Source of the DNA: Flaccisagitta enflata
Lineage: Eukaryota
Length of the DNA stretch: 64,000 bases
Reading direction: 5' to 3'
NCBI GenBank assembly: GCA_965153355.1
Contig: OZ231126.1
Location: forward strand, 5,704,001-5,768,000
Both the position numbers and the translations under genes were made by a program. Below are positions 32,401 to 43,660 of this stretch, piece by piece. Numbering within the stretch: the stretch's first letter is position 1; each line of letters begins with the position of its first letter. The notes below the pieces were generated by a model that saw nothing but the letters and a program-made list of their open reading frames with translations, had not been told where the DNA came from and did no database searches.

Positions 32401-34644
32401 AGCCATCGCAGGCAACAAAGGGGGCAGGATCACCGTTCGCATTCATTCATATCGATGGTTTTCTCATTCCCAGAGTCGTACTCCCTCTGCAGGCCAGATG
32501 GCATCTCCTTCCCTTATGCAATCGCGGCCACGCAGGCGACAGAGGGCGCGGGATCGCAATTCATATTCGATTATTCATTCATGTTGAATTTATCAATGGT
32601 TTCCTCTTTTCTAGAGTCGTTCTCCCTCTGCGGGCCGAATGGCTTCTCCTTCCCATATGCCATCGCGGGTGACAGAGGGCGCGGGATCGCTGTTCAGCGG
32701 CAGTCAAAACTCCAACTCGGCAGAATACTACTTCCCTTCGTCCGATCTTTACTACACAAGCGAAACCGAACTCAGCGTCAGGAAGAAAGTCAAAAGGAAC
32801 AAAATATGCTTGAAGTGAGAAAACAAGGCCAAGAAGGCCAACGATGCGTCCTCTTTAAATGTTTTTATGAATTAATGTTTTTCATGAATGAACGTTTTTT
32901 ATGAATGAATGTTTTTTATGAATGAATATTATTTATGAATGAATATCATTTATGAATGAATAAATTATGTAATGTATGCTACTTTTACTGGGTTAAAAAC
33001 TCATTCCTGTTGTAAAAATGCATGATTTTGATGTTTTTAATGAATGCGTTACCAACCAACCAACAGACAGACCAACCGACGGACACAGCCTATCATAGAG
33101 ATGCGAGGACGCATCTAAAAAGGAAAATGGCAAGGGGAAGAAAGAAGCAAACCAACAAAGAGAAAAGAAAGGAAGGAAGAGAAAGGAAGGAAGAGAAAGG
33201 AAAAGAAAAGAAACAGGAGAAGAAAGAGAAACAAAGAGAGAACTTTAGAAACAATGAAAGAAGGAACAGATAAGAAGAAGGAAACGAAAGAGAAAACAAG
33301 GCCAAGTAGGCCAATAAGGTGCGACGTGTGGATCGTCGAAAGAATGCGTTACCCGACAGACCAACAGACCGACCAACCAACGGACACAGCCAGTTATAGA
33401 GGTGCTTTGTCGCACCTAAAAAGACAAATTGAAACAAAGAAAGAAAGGAAAGCAAGAAGAAGAGATGATAAGAATGGAATAGCGATAGATGAAAAAGAAA
33501 ATGTTTATGGAATGATGTGGTGATGCCTATTTAGTGTGATGTGATTCTTCCTCCCCCTCCTCCCCCCACCTTTCCACCTCCTTCATTGACAGAGTGGCAT
33601 GGTTCTTCTTGTTGGTCGTTTCCTGGTTCGCCGGAGTTGTGGTCGAGGCCGAACTTAAACTAATTAACACTCTACAAGGACTCAAAAGATATCTCGATCC
33701 TCAACCAGGAGAAATTGGAAAAGAATCCTAGAAGCGCATCGACAGTATGACGCTCCTTTTAGACAGAATTTATCTTAATCCTTGACCGGACTTAGTTGAA
33801 TCCTTGTCGTGCAGTGACTTAATGAAATTCTCTATACATACATACGGGATGTTTATTTTTAATCACCTACAAAAGAAAGTAAATACTGGACCTTCTTATA
33901 AAGGGAAAAGCCTGGTTTGAAACCTCACAAACGAGGATAAAGGATTTAGGACTTTTGGGGCAATCCACATCAATAAATACATTTGAACTGTCAGCCAAAT
34001 AAACGCGTGACATTCCAAACCTCCCTCTAACCGATGTTCAGAAGGAGTTGGGATGAAAGTGGAGGAGTTGGCCCCCTATTCCGTCTTGCACCCCCCCCCC
34101 TCTCTCATTCTCCTTCCAGGGGTGTATATTATTGAGTCGCTTTTGATTTTTTTCCCCCCCCTGCCTTTGATTTTCTTCCCCGCGACGCGTCGCGTCGCGT
34201 TTTTATATCCATGATTTTCTTCCCCATATAGCAATAAAACTATGTATTTAAGGTTTAAATAGTGTTAAATTGTGTTTTACTAATTGAGTTTTATGATTTG
34301 GTACTGCCAAAAGTTATATTTTCCCCAAATTTCCTCTTTTTCTCTTTTTTCCCCCTTTGAGTTCCTTCCCCATCTCCAGACCCTTTGATTTTTCCCCCCC
34401 CCCCCGGTGGGGGGGGGAAACTCAAGAATATACAGGCCTGTCTCCTTCCCTACCTATTTTCTAAGTCCTTGACGATGCAGGCTGTGTTGTCCGCTTCCTT
34501 GGCGTAGTCGGCCTCCATCGTGGTCAGCCTTTCGTTCGTTTCACTCAGCAGCTCTTCCATATTCTTCGTGTTTTGCTGACGAAATTAAGTTACAATATCG
34601 TCGCGGATGGATGGGCATGGGGTGTACACTGTACAGTCCCCACC

Positions 34645-34680
<36 letters not shown>

Positions 34681-34693
34681 ACACACAATGCTC

Positions 34694-34731
<38 letters not shown>

Positions 34732-36465
34732 GCACACTGCCCTCTGTCACACAAACACACACGCACGCACACTGCTCACACACGCACACACACGTACACA
34801 CACACACGCACACACTGCCCTCTTTCGCACAGACACACATGTACACACAGACACACACACACCCACAGAGAAACACACCCACAGAGACACACACGCACAG
34901 AGACACACACGCACAGAGACACACACGCACAGAGACACACACGCACAGAGACACACACGCACAGAGACACACACGCACAGAGACACACACGCACAGAGAC
35001 ACACACGCACGCACAGAGATACACACGCACAGAGAAACACACACACGCACAGAGACACAGAGAGACGTTTTGGAGCTTGCCGCTGACTATCACCTTTTGC
35101 AACTCGAACTTTTCTTGTTCAAAAGCAGCGACGATGTCGTGAATTTTCCGCTCATAATCGTTGGCTTGAGTCTGAGAATGATGTAGTCCAAAATAAGAGA
35201 AAGGAGATAAGAAAAGAAGATTTGGGAAAAAGGCAGTTCAAAATCATTTTGTCGAATTACAAGGGACCAACAAAATACTTTGTTAAATAGACAATAAAAG
35301 GAATTCTTTGAAGGGACTTAAATTTCATTTTTTTGTTTGTTCCATTTATATGTTTCTTGTTACTTGTTACATGCGTATTCGTTAGAACATGATTTGACTG
35401 TACTGCTCGTGCTATGATAGGCCCGTTATTGCAGTTTACACTCCAATCCGGCATCTCAGTTGTGAACAGAATGCAGAAATCATTTCGAGAGCGAATGAGA
35501 TTTGGGGGGCAGACTGAGTGGCCAAGGCAGAGTATGGTTATTTTCAGTGTTTTTTGTTATCTATTCTTTCTTTCAGGCCTGTATATTGTTCCGTATTTCC
35601 CCCCCCCCCCGGTGGGGGGGGGAAAATAATCAAAGGGTTTGGAGAAAGGGAAGAAAAAGGAGGGAGGAAAAAAGGGAAAAAAGAGAAAACTTGGGGAAAA
35701 TATAACTTTTGGCAGTAAAAAATCATAAAACATGATAAGTTAAACACCATTTAACATTATTTAAACCTTAAACATCTAGTTTTAGTGGTTTATGGGGAAG
35801 AAAAACATTGATTTGGTAACGCGACGCGATGCGTCGCGGGGAAGAAAATCAAAGGCAGGGGGGGGAAAATAATCAAAGGTTATGGAATTATATACACCCC
35901 TGCTTTCTTTTTCTTTCTTTCTCTATCTTTCTTTCTCTATCTTTCTTTCTCTATCTTTCTTTCTCTATCTTTCTTTCTCTATCTTTCTTTCTCTATCTTT
36001 CTTTCTCTATCTTTCTTTCTCTATCTTTCTTTCTCTATCTTTCTTTCTCTATCTTTCTTTCTCTCTCTTTCTTTCTCTCTCTTTCTTTCTCTCTCTTTCT
36101 TTCTCTCTCTTTCTTTCTTTCTCTTTCTCTCTCTTTCTTTCTCTATCTTTCTTTCTCTATCTTTCTTTCTCTATCTTTCTTTCTCTATCTTTCTTTCTCT
36201 ATCTTTCTTTCTCTATCTTTCTTTCTCTATCTTTCTTTCTCTATCTTTCTTTCACTATCTTTCTTTCACTATCTTCCTTTCACTATCTTCCTTTCACTAT
36301 CTTCCTTTCGCTATCTTCCTTTCACTATCTTCCTTTCACTTTCTTCCTTTCACTTTCTTCCTTTCACTTTCTTCCTTTCACTTTCTTCCTTTCACTTTCT
36401 TCCTTTCACTTTCTTCCTTTCACTTTCTTCCTTTCACTTTCTTCCTTTCACTTTCTTCCTTTCTC

Positions 36466-36521
<56 letters not shown>

Positions 36522-38828
36522 TTTTCCCTTTATTTCTTTCATCATCATTTGTTTCTTTGTTTTTTTCATTCTTTGTTTCTTTCATTCTTTGTTTCTTTCA
36601 TTCTTTGTCTCTTTTGTTTCTTTCATTCTTTGTTTCTTTCATTCTTTGTCTCTTTCATTCTTTGTCTCTTTCATTCTTTCATTCTTTGTTACCTTCATTC
36701 TTTGTTTCTTTCACTCTTTCTTCCAATCTTTCATAGTTTCTTTCATTCTTTCTTTTTTTTCATTCTGTCTTTCTGCCATTCTGTCTTTCTGCCATTCTGT
36801 CTTTCTGCCATTCTGTCTTTCTGCCATTCTGTCTTTCTGCCATTCTGTCTTTCTGCCATTTTCTCTTTCTGCCATTTTCTCTTTCTGCCATTCTGTCTTT
36901 CTGCCACTCTGTCTTTCCTACTTTCTTTCTCATACCTGGTTCTGTCTTTCCTACTTTCTTTCTCATACCTGGTTAGTATCCTCTACCAGCTTCCTGAGTT
37001 CGTTGAGTTGTTGTTCTTTTGTTTCCCTGAGAGTTGCGCTCTCTCTCGCCAAATTGTTGAGTTTCTTCTCCGTCGCCCGCGCTCGATCCTCGTGCTCGCG
37101 GATTTTCGTCCTGGAGAAAACAAGGCCGGATACACGGCCACCAGTTGCGAACGGGTGGGCAGGGGCGGAAATGCGCGTTTTCCCACTTTTCAACTCGAGC
37201 GTGACGGACGGACCGACGGACGGACGGACCGACGGACAAAGCCTCTTATAGAGTTGCGTGTCCGCAACTAAAAAGAGACATTCGAGTGCTTATGAATGGT
37301 CCCCCAAAAAGACCCAGAGGCTCGTTCATTTATTCGTTCGCGTACTCGTCTGTTCGTTCATTCATTCATACATTCGTTCGTTCGTTCACGCCTCCTGCCA
37401 TTCAACCTGTATTGCACGCGCATTTCTTCGATTTCTTGATTTTTGCGTTGGAGGATGTTTTGGACATCGTCGTCGTGTCTTTGTTGCAGTTTGAGCTTCT
37501 CCTCTTGGAACTTGGCCTCGACCACTTGGACCTTCATCTCGACGCCCTTTTCCAGGTTCCGCTTGAAGGCGTTCTCGCGATTCTCCAACGTCGATGACGA
37601 CAGCGGAAGACGAGAATGTCTGAAATTAATGAAAATATGATTTGACGAGATGGTTGAGAACCATAGAAGGGAAGAAGAATAAGAAGATATGGAAGAAGAT
37701 GAGGGGTGGAGGGATGAAGTGTCATATCGTATGAAGAAGACAAGAAGACAAGAAGAAAGAAGAAGAAGAAGAAGAAGAAGAAAGAAGAAGAAGAAGAAGA
37801 AGAAGAAGAAGAAGAAGAAGAAGAAGAAGAAGAAGAAGAAGAAGAAGAAGAAGAAGAAGAATGACAAGAAAAAGAAGAATGACTAGAAGAAGAAGAAGAA
37901 GAAGAATGACAAGAAAAAGAAGAATGACTAGAAGAAGAAGAAGAAGAAGAAGAAGTAGAAGAACAGAAGAAAGACAAAAAGAAGTGGAACAGAAGAAAGA
38001 CAAGAAGAAATGGAACAGAAGAAAGACAAAAAAAAAGTAGAAGAACAAAAGAAAGAAAAGATGAACAGAAAAATGGCAAGAAGAAGAACAAAAGAAAGAC
38101 AAGAAGCAGAAAAACAGAAGAAAGACAAGAAGCAGAAAAACAGAAGAAAGACCAATAAGGCCAATAAGGTGCGCCATGTGGATCGTCGGACGAATGCATT
38201 ACAGACCAACCGACCGACCGACGGACACAGCCAGTTGTAGAGGTGCGTTGGCGCACCTAAAAATGACAAGAAGAAGAACAGAAGAAAGACAAGAAGCAGA
38301 AAAGCAGAAGAAAGACAAGAAGAAGAAGACGACAAGAAGAAAAGAAGGACAAAAAGAAGTAGAGGAACAAAAGAAAGAAAAGAAGAATAGAAAAATGGCA
38401 AGAAGAAGAACAAAAGAAAGACAAGAAGCAGAAAAACAGAAGAAAGACAAGAAGCAGAAAAACAGACGAAAGACAAGAAGAAGAAGACGAAGAAAGACAA
38501 GAACAAGTGACGCGGGGTCACAATATCGTTGCGGACGGGTGGGCAGGAGCATCCAACCCCAATCCACATCACAAGTCCCCCACTCACATGCACAAAAAGC
38601 ATCTAAAACACTCATATCCTCACTTTTCAACTCGTGTCCACGGACCAACCAACGGACGGATGGACGGACGGACGGACAAAGCCTCTTATAGAGTTGCGTG
38701 TCCGCAACTAAAAAGAAGACAAGAAATAGAAGAACAGAAGAAAGAAGAAGAAGAAGAAGAACAGAAGAAAGAAGAAGAAGAAGAACAGAAGGAAGAAAAG
38801 AAGAATAACAGAAGAAAGACACCAAGAA

Positions 38829-38863
<35 letters not shown>

Positions 38864-41800
38864 AGAAGAAGGAGAAGAAGGAAGAGGCACAAAAATACGA
38901 GGAAAAGGAATTAGATTTAGAACTAGTAGAAGGTGAAGAAAGATGGACTTTTTGCCCCACTTCTAGCAATAGTTAATTTTACCTTGGGTCTTCTGGTCCA
39001 GTGTCAGTTTCAGAAGATAATTCACCGGTGATGGCTCTGCTTTCCCACCAACGCGTTGAAGGAGAAGAATCCAACTTCTTGTTAGACGTCTTTGTTGACT
39101 GAAAAAAATCGCATGGCAAGAAAATGAAAGTTCAAGACATTGAATAATAAGAAGAAACCGAAAAGAACAAGGAGATGGAGAAGAAAAAAGAAATAGGCAA
39201 GAAGAGAAAAACAAGTAAAAGAAGCAAAAGAAGAAGAAAAACAATGACAACAACTGAACAACAAAAATCTGAACAGTATCTGGGTCCGCGACGGAAGGGG
39301 GTTAAAGATCACCAATTTTGTAAGATCGCTATGACTAAAAGATTGCTAACCCTGTAAGTTCGCCAAAACTTTCATTTAGAGCCGCCATACAAAGTTTCAT
39401 GCAAATCCGTTGAAAAATGACAAAGTTATGCACGTTTTTCACTTTTAGGCTAGTAGGGTGGTTGGGTGGTAGGCTGGTTTAGATAAATAGTGTGCGTATG
39501 TTGAGTTCTTCCATTTAGAGACTCCATACTAAGTTTCAACCAATTTGGTTGAAAAATGTCCAATTCATGTAAGTTTTTACTTTTAGGCCGGTAAGCTGGT
39601 TGGGTGGTAGGTTGGTTTGGCCGGTTAGCATGCTCAAACATAAATAAATCACATACATGTATTGAGTCCTTCCATTTAGAGACTCCATACCAAATTTCAA
39701 CCAAATTGGTTGAAAAACGCCAAAGATGTGCACATTTATCACTTTTTGGTTGGTAGGTTTGGTGGGGGTTTGACAGGATAAATGCGATATGTTGAGTTCT
39801 TCCATTTAGAGACCCCATACCAAGTTTCAACAAATAAGTTGAAAATGACAAAGTTAAGCAAGTTTTTCACTTTCCGGTTGGGTTGGTTGGGTGGTAGGTT
39901 TGGCGGTTAGCATGCTCAAATGCATATAAATCATATACATATGTTGAGGCCTTCCATCTAGAGACTCCATACCAAATTTCAGCCAAATCGGTTGAAAAAT
40001 GCCAAAGTTATGCACGTTTTTCACTTTTAGGCCGGTAGGCTGGTTGGGTGGTAGGCTGGTTTAACAGGATAAATAGTTTGCATATGCTGAGTCCTTCCAT
40101 TTAGAGTCTCCATACCAAGTTTCAACCAAATCAGTTGAAAAATGACAAAGTTACGCAAGTTTTTCACTTTTAGGCCGGTTGGCTGGTTGGGTGGTAGGTC
40201 GGTTTGGCCGGTTAGCATGCTCAAATGCATATAAATCATATACATATGTTGAGGCCTTCCATTTAGAGACTCCATACCAAATTTCAGCCAAATCGGTTGA
40301 AAAATGCCAAAGTTATGCATGTTTTTCACTTTTAGGCCGGTAGGCTGGTTGGGCTGGTTGGGTTGGTCGGATCACAAAAATCGGATAGGATGTAAAGCGC
40401 CTTACCCTAGTACAACTTCCCACCAAATATGAACCAAATCGGTCAAAGCATAAAAAAGTTATCCATTTTTTAAAATCCGGGACGACAACGACGACGACGA
40501 CGACGACGACACCCACCCGCCTTGAATTATAGTCCGCGTCGGAATGATATTCCGTCGCGGACAAAAAGAAGAAGTAGAGTAAGAAGAAGACATTCAAAGA
40601 AGACCAAGGGAGATACACTGGTGGAAGGGAACAGAAACAGTGACGTGGAACACAGATTTAGAAAGAGGCCGAAAACAACTGGAGCCAATCAGGTTAAACG
40701 TGTAGTATAGCTAGTCGACTTACTATATCTGTTGTGTGATCGTTGGAGATCTTGGATGTATCTTGTTGATGGTCACTAGAAAGTTGTGACGACACCGCGT
40801 CCGCACCGCCAAATCCCAGCCTGTTCAATATCAACGCCAAATACAATAGTCGTCAATGTCAACACTAAATACAATAGTCTTCCATGTCATCGCCAAACAT
40901 ATTAGTCGTCAATTTCAACACCAATTGCAAAAGTCTTCAATGTCATCGCCAAATGCAATAGTCCTCAATGTCAACGCCAAATTCAAAAGCTATCAATGTC
41001 AACGCCAAATACATTAGCGTTCAATGTCAAAGCCTTATACAATAGTCTTTAATGTCAACGCCAAATACATCAGTCTTCATTAATCAATAAAATGTGGGTC
41101 CATTTGAAGTTTCAGCGACGCAGATGAGATGAGAGTCTTAAATGCGGTCTGACCTAATATTCACCAATTGGACTCTCACCTCGACAGTTTCGCCTGAACG
41201 CCATTCAATCGCATTCCGTCGTCGTCGTCATCGTCGTCATCGTCGTTAAGTTCCGCGCGTCGGCCACCAGATTTCGTCGTCGTCGTCGTCGTCGTCGTCT
41301 TCTTCGATGTGTATGCGTCCCTCGTCGGGTGAGTTCCACTGTCGTCTTTGTTAGGTTTAAAAGCGTCTTTGGCGAGATGCGGCAAATATCCTTTGATGGG
41401 ATCGAGGTCGTTAAAAGGGCCTTCCAGTCGGCCGACAGTTTTCAACATGTGGAGCATTAATTGGGCGTAATCGTTGCGATTTCGACGACCTTGAATTGGA
41501 ATGACATCAAAGCGGGATCACGACTTGAGATCAAACGCATGTAATCAATAACTCGGCCGCGCTTACATGTAATTACAACGAACTCGTAGGGCGCGTGTAC
41601 CTTCGAACAATTAAGTAAATCGGTCTAATCATCATTAAATGAGCTGCAAGTTGCGTAATGTTTGCAAACCATTCCCCTAACCATCCACACGCCACCTGAC
41701 CTCTGCTACCCTCTCATCCCCTACCCACCAACACGCCGCACCACCTCACCTCCGCTTCCCTCCCAGCTCATCCGCAGTGCCCATCCAGCACCTGACGTCT

Positions 41801-42074
41801 TTCTCCCCTGTCCACCTGACCTCTGCTTCCCTCTCATCCCCTGCATCCCCTGTCCACCCCCACGCCTCACCACCTAACCTCTCCTTCCCATCCCCCCCAG
41901 CTCACCCGCGATGCCGGAAAACGAGTTATCGCAGAGTTTTTTGATCCAAACTGCGCATTTTTGTCTTTCGGTTTTGTGAGGTAATTTAAGTACATGAGGT
42001 TTCATAGACGCCAACAAAGAATCGAATTCCGAATCCAGCTTTCGACCAATTTCTTCCATTCGACGATCACCCAT
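20788..42074 (-). CDS. CEP112: Centrosomal protein CEP112 (DUF4485 N-terminus plus long coiled coil), about 942 aa
   Basis: 19 exons: 42074-41906, 41489-41180, 40820-40724, 39098-38983, 37619-37407, 37110-36969, 35171-35094, 34575-34454, 28949-28775, 27616-27377, 27168-27037, 26612-26454, 25981-25869, 25767-25674, 24813-24659, 22584-22412, 22126-22005, 21354-21193 and 20844-20788 (2829 nt). Motifs: LDSEFDSLLASMKPHVLKLPHKTERQKCAVWIKKLC, RRNRNDYAQLMLHML..LEGPF, EAKFQEEKLKLQQRHDDDVQNILQRKN, MLPADLKTQLEDTIASLKIQV..LNQRASLLQEDL. Confidence 0.92.
23090..23620. mobile_element. HINE-like interspersed repeat, GGGCAGCGGCCCCGAAGGGG family
   Basis: Inverted GGGCAGCGGCCCCGAAGGGGTCGA / TCGACCCCTTCGGGGCCGCTGCCC with internal tandem units of about 21 bp. 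A related copy lies at about 31755-32300. Confidence 0.65.
23843..24595. mobile_element. Tc1/mariner-type MITE
   Basis: TA|CAGGGAATACCGCGCCAACCGGGAC...GTCCCGGTAGGCGGGGTATTCCCTG|TA, with a TA TSD. Confidence 0.8.
24997..25419. mobile_element. TACACTTTTT-ended MITE (TA TSD)
   Basis: TACACTTTTTTTATAAGGAC...GTCCTTACTCAAAAAAAAGAGTGTA. A related copy lies at about 29883-30296. Confidence 0.6.
26689..26844 (+). mobile_element. Helentron-associated HINE/DINE-1-like short element (representative copy)
   Basis: ACAAGGCCGGATACACGG...(GACG/GACC)n...TAGAGTTGCGTGTCCGCAACTAAAA, inserted in A/T runs with no TSD. A near-identical copy lies at 37119-37274. Confidence 0.75.
28912..29240 (-). repeat. Tandem copies of the CEP112 exon 9 acceptor and exon start
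   Basis: AG acceptors at 28950, 29018, 29086, 29155 and 29239, each followed by an ATTGCGACGCTAACCGAAGATGCTGAGATCAGCGCC-like sequence. Confidence 0.9.
29662..33731 (+). CDS. Nested antisense gene: Ser/Thr-rich protein with one near-C-terminal TM segment, 179 aa, unknown family
   Basis: Exons 29662-29862 (GAG|gt), 32615-32814 (ttttctag|...AA|gtgaga) and 33593-33731 (pyrimidine tract-gacag|...TAG). Phases 0 and 2 join into 540 nt with no stop. The product ends RKKVKRNKICLKVAWFFLLVVSWFAGVVVEAELKLINTLQGLKRYLDPQPGEIGKES*. AATAAA at about 33972. Confidence 0.7.
31755..32300. mobile_element. HINE-like repeat, GGGCAGCGG...CCGCTGCCC family
   Basis: Shares CGGTACCCGTGCCCTGC and the inverted GGGCAGCGG/CCGCTGCCC ends with 23090-23620; contains a (GACG)n tract. 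Confidence 0.6.
34117..34440. mobile_element. hAT-like MITE, copy A
   Basis: CAGGGGTGTATA...TATACAGGCCTG, with 8-bp TSD TCTCCTTC at 34109-34116 and 34441-34448. Confidence 0.85.
34648..35065. repeat. (CA)n / (CACACACGCACAGAGA)n compound repeat
   Basis: Seen directly in the sequence. Confidence 0.9.
35574..35902. mobile_element. hAT-like MITE, copy B, inverted relative to copy A
   Basis: CAGGCCTGTATA...TATACACCCCTG, with 8-bp TSD CTTTCTTT at 35566-35573 and 35903-35910. Confidence 0.85.
35903..36960. repeat. Pyrimidine-rich 14-18 bp minisatellite series
   Basis: Successive blocks of (CTTTCTTTCTCTAT)n, (CTTCCTTTCACTTT)n and (TTCTGCCATTCTGTCT)n. Confidence 0.9.
39330..40568. repeat. Tandem internal repeats of a long element ending in the hairpin GTCCGCGTCGGAATGATATTCCGTCGCGGAC
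   Basis: Recurrent CCATTTAGAGACTCCATACCAAATTTCA units spaced about 140-160 bp apart. The same terminal hairpin recurs at about 61300-61349. Confidence 0.7.
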
Positions 42075-43660
42075 CCTCGTCTGTTGTTGCTGTTGTTTCT
42101 GTTATTGTTGTTGTTATTGCTGCAGAGATTATGTTGTTTTGCCGTTGTATGGGTTTGTTTTTTGATGAATTGACACTAAGCGCGGGAGATGGCACGACAG
42201 AAGGATCGCTGACAGAATGATGCGGGTTGAATTGAAGTTGAGTGACGATGATGGCTAAATTGACGGAAGAAATATGAAGGAATCGTCGTTTACTGGGCGC
42301 AAAAGCGCGGCACATACTCTTTGTGGCTTCATTGACCATACAATCGTTAGAAGTTTGTCTGCTTCGGTGGAACTCATTGTTTTTCCTCCTTTTTTTGCTA
42401 AGTAATTGAATCCTAATGCAGTAATAAAGTAATAATTTTATGATAAGAACCATAAAAATTCATATCTCATTTATGAACTACGTAGAGGTGTAAGATATAC
42501 ACGCACAAATATACCTTGCAAAATCATTTTGTTTTCATGACGTGGTTATATTCTATATTAATTCAAGAGCAATTATAAAATCAAAAAATGTTCTTAAAGA
42601 ACAAGTCGTATACAATCGGAACCATATAATACGAACTATTGAAAAAATAAACAACTTGGATTATATAACAAAACGTAAATCCATAACAATAATTCGCCCA
42701 CGAATAAAAAAACCTGGCATCAACCGCCTTCAAAAACGCTACAAACTAGATTTTTGTTGGTGTTAATCGTCTCATGACTAAAAAAGTGCATCGATGATAA
42801 GAATAATCACCTATTCTCAAACCACGAAGAGAGACAATCGTAGACCATCCAGCAGCCCTGAGATAACTCTCACTGCTCGCAGTTATCAAACCAGGCAGTA
42901 AAACTAATTCTATTATCATTTCAGAGTACCATAAACTATAATAAAGCACCATTCACTATAACACTATGATACAATCGTCATTCAGTCAATATCAACACCC
43001 ATTGGTCGGTGGTTCGCATCGATGGGTAGAAAGCCCAATTGGCCTATATGGCAAGGCACAAGTCGCTTGTTAAAATCTTACCCGCAAATTGTTTGTAAAC
43101 AAGCATGGAAAACCAAACCAAAAATCTGCCCAAAAGTCTTGGTATCTCAATCCCAAGGCGAACAAAATGCGATAAAAAACCCAGCTTCAGACTTAACCTA
43201 TATAACCATTGCATACTGATTGCATAGTTATATAACCATTGCATGGTGTCCCTTCCTATAGAAAGCTCCAGTGAGACGGAAAAACAATCTAGTGAAGACT
43301 GCCGTAAAAAATGACGAATGTGAGTAAAATAATCTACGGGGAAAAGTGATTCTCAATCATGAGTCTACTTGCCAATCAGATCGGCGAGGCATTTCAGGGG
43401 GATTTTATACAGGAACATGAATTAAGAAGACGGGAGGCACGATCAATATTAGTGATGTTTTACTTATTGATTCGTTAACAATTTCCACCGTCATTTTCAT
43501 CATTTCATATTATTCATCTATCTCTCATTAGGCCATCCAATAATTATGTCCATGCGTAAATGTTGACTACGTTGACATTTCTCAATTGTCCTTGTACATA
43601 CAACCAAGGTTGGAAACGACGTTCTTTGAATTGCTGCTCATTTCGAGATCGTTTTCGTCC

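Noticed and set aside
35829-37271. 480-aa F/L/S-rich ORF and similar ORFs at 37358-38969 and 45168-45933
   Set aside because: These are translations of pyrimidine/purine simple repeats within CEP112 and GPC1 introns.
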